A DNA stretch of 64,000 nt, taken from the NCBI GenBank assembly GCA_965116495.1, contig OZ220696.1:3296001-3360000 (forward strand), read 5' to 3'. Shown in pieces: positions 1 to 10,452 of this stretch. This DNA is from Gammaproteobacteria bacterium (GTDB lineage Bacteria > Pseudomonadota > Gammaproteobacteria > Eutrophobiales > Eutrophobiaceae). The notes beneath the pieces were generated by a model. The model made no database searches. It worked only from the letters and a program-made list of their open reading frames with translations, and was not told the DNA's origin. Numbering within the stretch: position 1 is the first letter of the stretch; each line of letters starts with the position of its first letter. The translations under genes and the position numbers were made by a program.

Positions 1-747
1 CGAATGGCCGCGCTGCGCCAGCGGCTGCCCGTGGGCCTCGCCCTCGTAGTAGGTGTTGGTCAGGTCATACAGGGTGACCGTCGGCGCCAGGTCAAACAAG
101 TCCATGGCCTGCGCGAACAGGTGTGTCTCAATGACCGCACGGTGTTTGAGCAGCGCATCGGAAGCCCGGTACAACTGCATGGCGCCCATGCGTTCGAAGT
201 TCACGTCCAGCAACTCGCCCAGGGCACTGCGCTCGCATAACCAGGCATGGGTGGCCCGCTCCGAGGCCGGGCACGCCAGCCGGCCCACGATGGAGCCGAT
301 GGTGGCGGCGCGCAGGGATGCATTGACGCCCTGTGCCGCGAGTAACTCGTCCAGCCCCACCTGTGCCAGGGCCCACAACCCCACCTGCTCCACGCCCACG
401 CTGCGCGGGCGGGTCAAGGCCAGCGAGTCCAGATCGACTGCCATCCACGCCGGCGCCGTTCCCGTCTCGTCCGGTCGAGACCGGGCCAGCAGTTGGGCGC
501 TAATCTGTTGTGCCGCACTCTCCACGCCGGCGGGCAGGCTCGCCAGCAGCGACGTCTGGCCCTGGCGCAACGCCTCAATACGTTGGCACAGGGTCGGCCA
601 GTGTTGTTTGTCGATAGCAAACTCGCTGCCGAGGTTCAGCAGGGTGCGTTGGCGCACCTTGGTGCCCGCGCGCTCACTGTGCACCAGGCGGTGGGAGTAA
701 TAGGCCTGGCCGTCGGTACGGCGGGTGAGGGTACGGCGGATGAACAT
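1..747 (-). CDS. IS1634-family transposase, N-terminal part (not in ORF track because it runs off the window)
   Basis: Manual translation from ATG 747 gives MFIRRTLTRRTDGQAYYSHRLVHSERAGTKVRQRTLLNLG...LYRASDALLKH...VTLYDLTNTYYEG...QRGHS. The YDLTNTYxEG and RGHS motifs are typical of IS1634 DDE transposases. Confidence 0.9.
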   Translation of the reverse strand, partial: MFIRRTLTRRTDGQAYYSHRLVHSERAGTKVRQRTLLNLGSEFAIDKQHWPTLCQRIEALRQGQTSLLASLPAGVESAAQQISAQLLARSRPDETGTAPAWMAVDLDSLALTRPRSVGVEQVGLWALAQVGLDELLAAQGVNASLRAATIGSIVGRLACPASERATHAWLCERSALGELLDVNFERMGAMQLYRASDALLKHRAVIETHLFAQAMDLFDLAPTVTLYDLTNTYYEGEAHGQPLAQRGHS

Positions 748-918
748 AGGGGGAGAGGATACCGCTCTACCACACCGATGTCAATATAAATATTCATATT
801 ATGGCACTACAATGGCCAGACAACCCGTCACTCACCAAAAATCAATGCGTTACGATGACGAACCCGGCAGAAAATAGCAACATCCAACTAAATGCCAGTG
901 AATCTTGGTAAACTTGGG
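1..918 (-). mobile_element. IS1634-family insertion sequence (left end; continues beyond window start)
   Basis: The minus strand begins CCCAAGTTTACCAAG at 918, an end type recalled for IS1634 elements. It lies ~170 bp upstream of a transposase ORF and coincides with the point where the aldolase similarity stops. Confidence 0.85.
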
Positions 919-1454
919 TTAGCGAATCTGGCCCCGTCCATGTGGAAGTGGAGATGATGGTTATCTGCGATCTTACCGATGGCTTGAATCTGCTCCACCG
1001 TATAAACAGTACCCGCTTCCGTCGATTGCGTGATGGATACCGCTTTATGTATCTGGTAATGGAAATCGAGGGGCTGTTGCAATACCCGTTCAATGTCACC
1101 GGGCTGAATTTTCCCGTGCGCGCCATCCAGTAGTTCCAAGCCGGCGCCGCCGGAGAAAAAAGCCGGGCCGCCGCACTCGGCGGTAGCGATATGGGCATGC
1201 CTGTGGCAGATAATCTTGTGTTGTGGCCGGCAAATGCCTGCCAGGGCCAGGGAATTAGCCGCGGTGCCGGTGAAGACGAAATACACGTCACAGTCGGTCT
1301 CGAACAGTTCACGGATGAGGTCGGAGGCGTTCGCCGTCCATTCATCCTCGCCGTAAGCGGCGGCAAATCCCCGGTTGGCCTCGACCAGGGCATCCCAGGC
1401 CTCGGGTATGATCCCGGCAGTGTTGTCACTGGCAAAGTGGTATTTCAGTTGCAT
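919..1454 (-). pseudogene. ltaE: Low-specificity L-threonine aldolase, truncated by IS1634
   Basis: FASDN, TGTAAN and HMDGARFAN motifs. The frame enters IS sequence right after GARFAN and stops at 888, so the PLP-lysine half is missing here. Confidence 0.85.
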
Positions 1455-1455
1455 G

Positions 1456-1520
1456 GCGTCGTACCGGTGTAAAGCGTCATACCGATGTAAAGCGTCGCAC
1501 TGGCGAACGCCAGTATCCGG
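1456..1520. repeat. Two 18-bp tandem units followed by a REP-like hairpin
   Basis: gcgtcgtaccggtgtaaa / gcgtcataccgatgtaaa / gcgtcgcACTGGCGaaCGCCAGTatcc. Confidence 0.7.
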
Positions 1521-1550
1521 TAATAAAGTTGTGTCTGATAAAGTGACATT

Positions 1551-2636
1551 TCAAATGTGTGGATAGTGCTCCTGAATCGATAAAGCATAAGGCCTGCGCA
1601 AAATACCCCGCTCAGTGATGATTCCCGTGATCAGGTCATTGGGCGTGACGTCGAAAGCAGGGTTGCCGGCCTTCACGTTATCCGGCGCGGTACGGTGTCC
1701 ACCCCAGTGGGTCACCTCATCGGGCGCTCGCTCCTCAATCGGAATATCCGCCCCGCTTGCCGCATCCAGGTCGATGGTCGAATAAGGCAGGGCGACATAG
1801 AATGGAATGTTGAAATGATGCGCCAGTACGGCAAGGCCCAATGTGCCGATCTTGTTGGCGGCGTCGCCGTTCGCGGCAACCCGGTCAGCTCCGGTGATGA
1901 CCAGCTCGATCCTGCCTTGGGCCATCATGGTAGCGGCCATGTTGTCACAGATCAGGGTTACGTCGATTCCAGCCTGCAGCAGTTCCCAGGAAGTCAGGCG
2001 CGCCCCTTGCAGCAGGGGCCGGGTCTCGTCCACGAACACCCGGAAGTTAATACCTTCCAGGTGGGCCAGATACATGGGCGCGGTAGCCGTCCCCAGTTCG
2101 GAAGTCGCCAGCAAACCGGCATTACAATGGGTGAGTACTCCCATGCCTTGCCTGATCAACGGTTTCCCGGCTTCACCGATATCCCGGCACAGGCGCCGGT
2201 CTTCATCATGAATGCGGATTGCCTCTGCGAGCAGTTCTGCGTGTACCTGTCCCGGGCTGGCGCCGGCCTGTTCCAGGCCGCGTGTTACCAGCCGGCGCAA
2301 GGCCCAGCGCAGGTTGACCCCGGTAGGCCGGGCGGCTTCCAGGTACTCCGCCTGTTTGCGCATTTCAGCAACGAAAGCATCCCGGTCCAAGTGTAGTTTG
2401 TCGCGCAGGGCGAGTACCAGGCCGTAGGCGCCGGCAATGCCGATGGCAGGGGCGCCGCGTACCTTGAGTTGCTGAATGGACTCCCGGACCTGGGCAGCTG
2501 AATCTTGCCGTTCTTCTATGACCTGTCCGGGCAGCCGGGTCTGGTCGAGGAGGTATAATTCCCCGTCCTGCCAGCGTACCGGTTCTACTGAAGCACGGAA
2601 GGAATGATCTTTTGGTCTCGGCATTATCCCGGTCAT
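1551..2636 (-). CDS. mtnA: S-methyl-5-thioribose-1-phosphate isomerase
   Basis: VRGAPAIG, RPTGVNL, THCNAG, DETRPLLQGARLT and NKIGT motifs. Confidence 0.95.
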   Translation of the reverse strand: MTGIMPRPKDHSFRASVEPVRWQDGELYLLDQTRLPGQVIEERQDSAAQVRESIQQLKVRGAPAIGIAGAYGLVLALRDKLHLDRDAFVAEMRKQAEYLEAARPTGVNLRWALRRLVTRGLEQAGASPGQVHAELLAEAIRIHDEDRRLCRDIGEAGKPLIRQGMGVLTHCNAGLLATSELGTATAPMYLAHLEGINFRVFVDETRPLLQGARLTSWELLQAGIDVTLICDNMAATMMAQGRIELVITGADRVAANGDAANKIGTLGLAVLAHHFNIPFYVALPYSTIDLDAASGADIPIEERAPDEVTHWGGHRTAPDNVKAGNPAFDVTPNDLITGIITERGILRRPYALSIQEHYPHI

Positions 2637-2703
2637 ATTCTCAGGTTGGCGGCAGTGGTTGAATAGTTTGCAACAGGTCCTGTCTATACGGGTGAAGGAG
2701 CAA

Positions 2704-3480
2704 TCAGGTCCCGGTAAACCTGGCCTCTCTTTTTTCCAGAAATGCCGCTATGCCTTCTCTGCAGTCGGCGCTGTCGAAACACAGGCGCTGTAACGCAGCT
2801 TCCGCGCCGATAGCGTCCGCATAACTGAGCGTGAAGGCCCGACGCATCATTTTTTTGGTGCGAGCCAGCGCCAGCGGCGCTTTGCCGGCGAGCCTGGCAG
2901 CCCACTCCCGGGCTGTGGCCAGCAGGGCGTCATCCGCCACGATTTGATTGACCAGGCCCAGTTCCCTGCAGCGCGCGGCAGGCATGCGGTCGTTTTCAAC
3001 AGCCACTTGGTAGGCGTTCATATATCCCATGGCGCGGGCCAGCAGCCAGGTCGAGCCGCCGTCCGGGATGAGGCCTATACTGCTGAACGGCGACAGCAGG
3101 AAGGCGCTTTCTCCCATCACTGCCAGGTCACACACCAGCGCGTAGGACAGGCCGATACCGGCGGCAAAACCGTTGATGGCGCTGATAACGGGTTTGTCCA
3201 TCTCGGCAATGTCGGCCAGGCTGGGCCGGTATTCTTCATTCAGTATCTGCTCCACCTCCGCCCCGGTCTTGAATCCGGCTTTCAAATCTGCCCCGGCGCT
3301 GAAGCAACGTCCGGCGCCGGTCAGGATGACTGCGCGTATGGCCGTGTCTTCACGGGCCTGTGCGGTCGCAGCAGCCAGGTTCGCGCGCATATCACTGTCA
3401 AATGAATTCAACGACGCGGGCCGATTGAGTGTGATCGTAGCAACGGCTCCCTCGGTCCCATATAAAACGGTATCTGTCAT
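2704..3480 (-). CDS. Enoyl-CoA hydratase/isomerase (crotonase) family protein
   Basis: TITLNRP, FSAGADL, NGFAAGIG, IGLIPDGG and EGIAAFLEKR motifs. Confidence 0.9.
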   Translation of the reverse strand: MTDTVLYGTEGAVATITLNRPASLNSFDSDMRANLAAATAQAREDTAIRAVILTGAGRCFSAGADLKAGFKTGAEVEQILNEEYRPSLADIAEMDKPVISAINGFAAGIGLSYALVCDLAVMGESAFLLSPFSSIGLIPDGGSTWLLARAMGYMNAYQVAVENDRMPAARCRELGLVNQIVADDALLATAREWAARLAGKAPLALARTKKMMRRAFTLSYADAIGAEAALQRLCFDSADCREGIAAFLEKREARFTGT

Positions 3481-3496
3481 GTTACAATCTCCTGTC

Positions 3497-3593
3497 GGTT
3501 TATGGGGTCAGGTCGCACATTGCACACATAATTTGTGATATGAAGCTACCATAAACTTTTTGGTGTGCAATGTGCGACCTGACCCCATAAACC
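3497..3593. repeat. Perfect 31-bp inverted repeat with 35-bp spacer (REP/MITE-like, GGGGTCAGGTC type)
   Basis: GGTTTATGGGGTCAGGTCGCACATTGCACAC at 3497-3527 and its exact reverse complement at 3563-3593; a single arm recurs at 4851-4875. Confidence 0.9.
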
Positions 3594-3671
3594 TATTATT
3601 CACGAAGTCGGCACTGAGTCCAGCGTATCACGCGATATGCTCACGTAAAGAAGCAAGAGACTGATAAGAGA

Positions 3672-4799
3672 GTGGAACCGCCGCCCAAGACCGAACCGTT
3701 ACTGCTGACGCCAGGACCGTTAACCACGTCCGCAAGCGTCAAACAGGCCATGCTCCGTGATTACGGATCGCGGGATGGTCGTTTCATAGAGCTGAACCGG
3801 CGTGTCTGTACCGGGTTGCTCAGCTTGTGTGACGCCGGCGATTCACACTTGTGCATTCCCCTGCAGGGCAGCGGCTCGTTTGCGGTGGAAGCCATGATAG
3901 CCAATCAGTTACCCGTGCGGGGAAAGTTACTCAACCTGGTCAACGGTGCTTACGGCCACCGTATCACTGAAATCTGCCGTTATCTTGGCCGACAGGTCAG
4001 GGTGCTCGAAACGGGGGAGGATCAACCCATAGACGTAGCCGACCTGGACCGGACACTGGCGGGCGATGCAGGGATTACCCACGTCGCAGTAGTTTATTGT
4101 GAAACCACTTCAGGCATACTGAACCCCGTTGCGCAGATAGCGGACGTGGTTGCAGGTCACCGGCGCCGATTGTTGGTCGACGCCATGAGTACGTTCGGTG
4201 CGCTGCCGTTAAGCGCCGCCGATATGCCGTTTGCCGCCCTCGCCGCGTCCGCCAACAAGTGTCTGCAGAGTGTGCCGGGGATGGGATTTGTCATTGCGGA
4301 AAAGGACTCATTTCCCGGTACCGAGGGAAATGCCCACTCGTTAAGCCTTGATCTCTACCGGCAATGGCGCTACATGAATGAGAGCGGACAGTGGCGTTTT
4401 ACGCCACCCACCCACTGCCTGCTGGCACTGGACCAGGCCTTGCGGGAACTTGAAGAAGAAGGCGGTGTTCCGGGACGCCGCAGGCGTTATGAAGAAAACT
4501 GCCAGGCGCTTGTCGAAGGCATGCGTGAGCTTGGTTTTGCCACCCTTCTGCCGGATGAATTACAAGCGCCGATCATCGTGACTTTTCTGATGCCGGGGAA
4601 TGAAGCATTCAGCTTCCAGGAGTTTTATCAACGCCTGAATGAACTGGGTTATGTCATTTATCCCGGCAAGCTAACGGAAAAGGACAGTTTCAGGATCGGT
4701 TGCATCGGCCACTTTGGCGCAGACGAGATGCGCGCGGCTGTAGCGGCGGTAAAACAGGTGTTGCAGGAGATGGGCGTCGAAGGACAAATAAAGAATTAA
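3672..4799 (+). CDS. phnW: 2-aminoethylphosphonate-pyruvate transaminase
   Basis: LLTPGPLTT, QGSGSFAVE, CETTSGILNP, DAMSTFG, SANKCL (PLP Lys), QWRFTPPTH and IYPGKLT motifs. Confidence 0.92.
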   Translation: MEPPPKTEPLLLTPGPLTTSASVKQAMLRDYGSRDGRFIELNRRVCTGLLSLCDAGDSHLCIPLQGSGSFAVEAMIANQLPVRGKLLNLVNGAYGHRITEICRYLGRQVRVLETGEDQPIDVADLDRTLAGDAGITHVAVVYCETTSGILNPVAQIADVVAGHRRRLLVDAMSTFGALPLSAADMPFAALAASANKCLQSVPGMGFVIAEKDSFPGTEGNAHSLSLDLYRQWRYMNESGQWRFTPPTHCLLALDQALRELEEEGGVPGRRRRYEENCQALVEGMRELGFATLLPDELQAPIIVTFLMPGNEAFSFQEFYQRLNELGYVIYPGKLTEKDSFRIGCIGHFGADEMRAAVAAVKQVLQEMGVEGQIKN

Positions 4800-4905
4800 G
4801 AATTACGAATTAGGAATTACGAATTGGGGGGGCTGCAATGAATGCAATGAATGGGGTCAGGTCGCACATTGCACATATTTCACTCCTAATTCCTAATTCG
4901 TAATT
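4794..4905. repeat. Inverted heptamer arrays (AATTACG/AATTAGG) enclosing one GGGGTCAGGTC arm, between convergent genes
   Basis: aattaag-aattacg-aattagg-aattacg-aattgg ... cctaatt-cctaatt-cgtaatt. Confidence 0.8.
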
Positions 4906-4909
4906 ATCA

Positions 4910-5992
<1,083 letters not shown>

Positions 5993-6021
5993 TCATATTC
6001 TCATCATGTTGTCGTGATAAA

Positions 6022-7917
6022 TCAGCCGTGTGCCACACTGGGAAGCGTGGCGCCGAGGATTTCATAAATCTTCTCCTCGATTTCCACCGTGCTCAGCGGT
6101 TGACCCTGGACTTTATTCAACCCGATAACGTCAACCAGAAATTCCGCCCTTAACATCATACGTAGTTGACCGAGATTCAGTTCCGGAACCAGCACGTATT
6201 TAAAGTTGTTCAGCACGGCGCCCATGTTTTTCGGGAACGGGTTGAGGTAACGGACATGCGCTCCGGACACGGATAAGCCGTTTGCCTGGGCATATTCGAC
6301 GGCGTGGCGGCAAGCGCCCCTGGTACTACCCCAGCCCAAAACCAGCAGGTCCCCTTTTTGCGGGCCGTGTACGACCAGGTCGGGAATGTCGTCGGCGATG
6401 GCTTGTATTTTCGCCGCGCGCAATTGCACCATACGCTCGTGGTTTTCAGAATCGTAGCTGACGTGGCCGGTGATATCTTCTTTCTCCAGGCCGCCGATAC
6501 GGTGTTCCAGTCCCGGGGTACCCGGCACCACCCAGGACCGGGCCAGGGTTTGCTTGTCCCGCGCATAAGGTGCGAAGGTTTCCGGGACAGTGCAATAATT
6601 CACTTCGAATTCAGGCAGTTCTTCGGGTACCGGTATGCGCCAGGGTTCGGAACCGTTCGCCAGGTAGCCGTCCGATAAAAAGAATACAGGCGTCATGTAC
6701 TTGACGGCTATACGAAATGCCTCAATGGCCAGGCTGAATGATTCGCTTGGCGTTGTTGGTGCAATTATCGGTACGGGACATTCACCGTTGCGTCCATACA
6801 AGGCTTGCAGCAGGTCTGCCTGTTCGGTCTTGGTGGGCATCCCGGTGGATGGCCCCGCCCGTTGAATGTTGGCAATGACAACCGGCAGTTCCGTCATGAC
6901 AGCCAGGCCGATTGCCTCGGACTTGAGGGCAACGCCGGGCCCGCTGGTGCCGGTCAGGCCCAGGGCGCCTCCGTAAGCAGCGCCGATAGCCATGCCGATA
7001 GCGGCAATTTCGTCCTCCGCCTGGAACGTCTTTACCCCGAAGTGACGTAGTTTGGACAGTTCGTGCAGGATGTCACTGGCTGGCGTTATCGGATAGGAAG
7101 CATAAAACAAGGAACGGCCGGACAACTCCGATGCTGCCAGAAAACCTAAAGCGCTTGCTTCATTGCCGCTGATACGCCGGTAGTTCCCAGGCGGCAGCAC
7201 CGCTTTACTGACCCTGAAACGAGCGGTAAAGACTTCAACCGTATCGGCGTAGTTGTATCCTGCCTGCAGGGCGAGCTTGTTGGCTTCGGCGAGTTCCGGC
7301 TTCTTTTTGGAGAAAAGCCGGTCGACGCGTTCGATAATTTCCTCGATAGAGCGGTCATACATCCACGCAATGATTCCCAGGGTGAACATGTTCTTGCTCA
7401 GGGTCGCCTGTTTGCGTGACAACCAGGATGACTCGACCGCGGCAACAGTCAGCGAGGTAATAGGCAAGTCGTATACCTGGTAGCCTGACAAGGTCTCGTC
7501 TTTCCTGGGATCGCTCGTGTAACCGGCTTTTTTCAGCCCCTGATCATCGAAAGCGTCGTGATTAAGTATCAGGACGCCACCGTGTCTGACTTCTTTCAGG
7601 TTGACTTTCAGGGCTGCGGGATTGAGCGCCACCAGGACATCCGGCTTGTCGCCCGGTGTATGGATATCGTATGAGGAAAAATTCAGTTGAAAATTGCTTA
7701 CGCCTGCCAATGTGCCGGCCGGCGCGCGAATTTCAGCGGGGAAATCCGGCAAGGTGCTGATGTCATGACCGGCTATCGCCGAGTCATGACTGAACAGGGC
7801 GCCCGTCGTCTGGATGCCGTCGCCGGAATCCCCGGCAAAACGGATGATGACATTCTCAATTTCAAACATACCAAGAGACGGGTCTTGTACCCGGCCCCTG
7901 GATTTTCTATAGCTCAT
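6022..7917 (-). CDS. korA: 2-oxoacid:ferredoxin oxidoreductase alpha subunit (gamma-alpha fusion); start uncertain (7917 or 7869)
   Basis: RFAGDSGDG, YPITPAS, QAEDEIAA, TSGPG and QRAGPSTGMPT motifs. Confidence 0.92.
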   Translation of the reverse strand: MSYRKSRGRVQDPSLGMFEIENVIIRFAGDSGDGIQTTGALFSHDSAIAGHDISTLPDFPAEIRAPAGTLAGVSNFQLNFSSYDIHTPGDKPDVLVALNPAALKVNLKEVRHGGVLILNHDAFDDQGLKKAGYTSDPRKDETLSGYQVYDLPITSLTVAAVESSWLSRKQATLSKNMFTLGIIAWMYDRSIEEIIERVDRLFSKKKPELAEANKLALQAGYNYADTVEVFTARFRVSKAVLPPGNYRRISGNEASALGFLAASELSGRSLFYASYPITPASDILHELSKLRHFGVKTFQAEDEIAAIGMAIGAAYGGALGLTGTSGPGVALKSEAIGLAVMTELPVVIANIQRAGPSTGMPTKTEQADLLQALYGRNGECPVPIIAPTTPSESFSLAIEAFRIAVKYMTPVFFLSDGYLANGSEPWRIPVPEELPEFEVNYCTVPETFAPYARDKQTLARSWVVPGTPGLEHRIGGLEKEDITGHVSYDSENHERMVQLRAAKIQAIADDIPDLVVHGPQKGDLLVLGWGSTRGACRHAVEYAQANGLSVSGAHVRYLNPFPKNMGAVLNNFKYVLVPELNLGQLRMMLRAEFLVDVIGLNKVQGQPLSTVEIEEKIYEILGATLPSVAHG

Positions 7918-7977
7918 CTGCCTCATAGAAAAGTCCAACAATGGCGTATATTGTACTATGTTTGCAGAAATTTTACT

Positions 7978-8019
7978 ACATAAAGTTACCACATAAAGTT
8001 ACCAACACATAAAGTTACC
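7978..8019. repeat. Three direct copies of ACATAAAGTTACC in a divergent intergenic region
   Basis: Copies at 7978, 7991 and 8007. Confidence 0.85.
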
Positions 8020-8133
8020 ACGCCAACGTCGTTCCCGCTTGCGCAGCGATGACGGCCAAGCGCAGGACTGACGGGGGGTGCGCCCGGGAAGGGACGGATA
8101 GTGTATCATTATCGCCGATACAGCAGCAGGACA

Positions 8134-9666
8134 ATGTCCATGACCGAGGACCGAACCAACAATAACAGGGCTACTCCGGATTCACGCGCTTCGGACCCTT
8201 CCCAATTACCGCCATCTCCCGGCACCGGGTCGGCGTGGAACGTAACCGACCTGCCTGTACCACCCGATTTCAATTTCCGCAACGCGCTCAGGATCATCGG
8301 CCCGGGCGCCATCGTCCTGTCCATGTCCATCGGTCTTGGGGAGTGGGTACTGGGGCCCCTGGTCGTGACGCAATACGGTTTCACCATGCTCTGGGTGGTG
8401 ACCGTCGCCATTATTTTGCAACTCGCCCTCAACCTGGAATTTATCCGCTACACGGTATATACGGGGGAACCCGTAATCAACGGGTTTTTGCGGCTTGCTC
8501 CCCATCCGCTGTTCTGGGGCGGGATATATATCCTGTTTTCCCTGTTTCATGCAGGCTGGCCGGCCTGGGCCGCGGCTTCTGCGGCGCCGTTATTTGCCGG
8601 TTTCACCGGCCATTTGCCGGGGCCGGGCGATGAATCGGTGATGCGCTGGCTGGGCATCATGAACCTGTTGATCTGCGCCGCCATCGTCGCGTTCGGCGGC
8701 AAGGTCGAGCGCACTTTGGAAATCGTCAACTGGTTCATGGTGTTGTTCGTGTTCGGTTTTCTATTGTTCGTCTGCCTGTTGCTCGTGCCTGCGGAAACCT
8801 GGTGGGCGGGGCTCCTGGGTTTCTTCGGTTTGACGCCCGGATACGAATTTCTGTTGATTCCGGAAAATGTCAGCTGGATATTGATCGGCGGTTTTGCCGC
8901 ATTCGCCGGGGCGGGGGGCATGGCCAATCTGACCGTGAGCAATTACATGCGGGACAAGGGAATAGGCATGGGGCGCGAGGTCGGTTACATCCCGACCCTG
9001 GTAGGCGGCAGGAAGGTAGTGGTCTCACCCGTCGGAACTGTCTTCCCTGCGAACGGGACCAACATGGCGCGCTGGCGGGTGTGGTGGCAGTACGTGCGTT
9101 GTGACCAGGTAATGGTCTGGGCCGCGGGCTGTTTTGTCGGCATGTTCCTTAACTGTATCCTGGCGGCCCATGTCGTTCCCGCGGGGACGCAATTGAGCGG
9201 CCTGTCCATCGGCGCGTTCCAGGCCGAGTTCCTGGCCCGTGAAGGCGGCGAATTACTCGGTTTCGTTACCCTGATCAACGGTTTCTGGATACTGTTCGGC
9301 AGCCAGTTGGTGACTATCGACATGATGGCGCGTATCAATACCGATCTCATCTGGAGTATGAGCGGGCGCGTCAGGCGTATGGCCGGCAACGATATCCGGC
9401 GTCTGTATTATTGCCTGCTGGGCGCCTTCGTGCTGTGGGGTTGCATCGCCATCAACCTGGCCCAACCGAAGGTGCTGGTGCTGATTTCCTCCAACGTCGC
9501 CGGGTTTATCCTGGTCGTCAGCGCCGTGCATATCCTGCTGCTCAACCACATGGCCCTGCCCCGGGCCGTCAGGAGTCCCTGGTGGGCGCGCGGGCTGGTT
9601 GGCTGCACCGCCCTGTTCTACGGTTTCTTTTTCGTACAGAACCTGCTGGAACTTTTTGGGCGGTAA
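8134..9666 (+). CDS. Nramp-like/APC-superfamily integral membrane transporter, substrate unknown
   Basis: IGPGAIVLSMSIGLGEW N-terminal motif, RYTVYTGE, and about 11-12 hydrophobic segments. Confidence 0.75.
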   Translation: MSMTEDRTNNNRATPDSRASDPSQLPPSPGTGSAWNVTDLPVPPDFNFRNALRIIGPGAIVLSMSIGLGEWVLGPLVVTQYGFTMLWVVTVAIILQLALNLEFIRYTVYTGEPVINGFLRLAPHPLFWGGIYILFSLFHAGWPAWAAASAAPLFAGFTGHLPGPGDESVMRWLGIMNLLICAAIVAFGGKVERTLEIVNWFMVLFVFGFLLFVCLLLVPAETWWAGLLGFFGLTPGYEFLLIPENVSWILIGGFAAFAGAGGMANLTVSNYMRDKGIGMGREVGYIPTLVGGRKVVVSPVGTVFPANGTNMARWRVWWQYVRCDQVMVWAAGCFVGMFLNCILAAHVVPAGTQLSGLSIGAFQAEFLAREGGELLGFVTLINGFWILFGSQLVTIDMMARINTDLIWSMSGRVRRMAGNDIRRLYYCLLGAFVLWGCIAINLAQPKVLVLISSNVAGFILVVSAVHILLLNHMALPRAVRSPWWARGLVGCTALFYGFFFVQNLLELFGR

Positions 9667-9727
9667 TTCCCTGCGAAACGGTAGATACTTCATTGATTAT
9701 CATCGTGCATTGGTGTACGCTAGGTGT

Positions 9728-9931
9728 ATGTCACGCACTAACATAAATATTGATGATGAAGCCTGCGCGAAGATAATGCGCCGTTACCGGCTGGCGACAA
9801 AACGTGAAGCAGTCAACTTTGCGTTGCGTACCCTTGCGGCTGAACCCCTGAACATCGAAGAAGCGCGGCGCATGCGCGGGTCAGGTTGGGAAGGGGATCT
9901 TGACGAGATGCGAGCCAGCCGTCTGACGTGA
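9728..9931 (+). CDS. vapB: VapB antitoxin (ribbon-helix-helix)
   Basis: MSRTNINIDDE...TKREAVNFALR...GWEGDLDEMR; overlaps the vapC start by GTGA. Confidence 0.9.
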   Translation: MSRTNINIDDEACAKIMRRYRLATKREAVNFALRTLAAEPLNIEEARRMRGSGWEGDLDEMRASRLT

Positions 9932-10320
9932 TACTGATCGACACGTCCGCGTGGATCGAATTTCTTCGGGATACAGGTTCTGCAGCCTGTAATCGTGTCG
10001 AAGCGCTACTTGAAGGCGAGATTGCAATTTGCGATGCAGTCCGGATGGAGGTTCTTGCCGGGGCACGAGATGAACGACACTTGCGCAGCTTGCAACGGCT
10101 TCTGGCGCGAGCTGTTGTGCTTTCGACGATACCGGCAGACTATGAAAGTGCCGCTGCACTTTATCGCCAATGCCGTCGGAAAGGAAACACAGTTCGCAAG
10201 TTGCTCGATTGTTTGATAAGCGCTGTCGCTATCCGCACAGGTGTACCCGTTCTTCATAACGACGTGGATTTTGATGTTCTTGGGAGTCATTCGGAACTGA
10301 GAATTGATCCGTGCCGATAA
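9928..10320 (+). CDS. vapC: VapC PIN-domain ribonuclease toxin
   Basis: LIDTSAWI, MEVLAG, DCLI and HNDVDF acidic PIN residues. Confidence 0.92.
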   Translation: MILIDTSAWIEFLRDTGSAACNRVEALLEGEIAICDAVRMEVLAGARDERHLRSLQRLLARAVVLSTIPADYESAAALYRQCRRKGNTVRKLLDCLISAVAIRTGVPVLHNDVDFDVLGSHSELRIDPCR

Positions 10321-10452
10321 AACATGGTCACAGAATCAGGGTAAATTCGATTAAGACGCCCTTGGCTCAGGTGGATAGAGTGTCTGGCGTCGACCCAGGT
10401 GGTCGGGAATTTGAGTCTCTGAGGGTGCGCCGTATTTGTTATATTGTTGAAC

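Noticed and set aside
53-700. 215-aa + strand ORF and neighbouring ORFs
   Set aside because: Antisense shadows of the IS1634 transposase.
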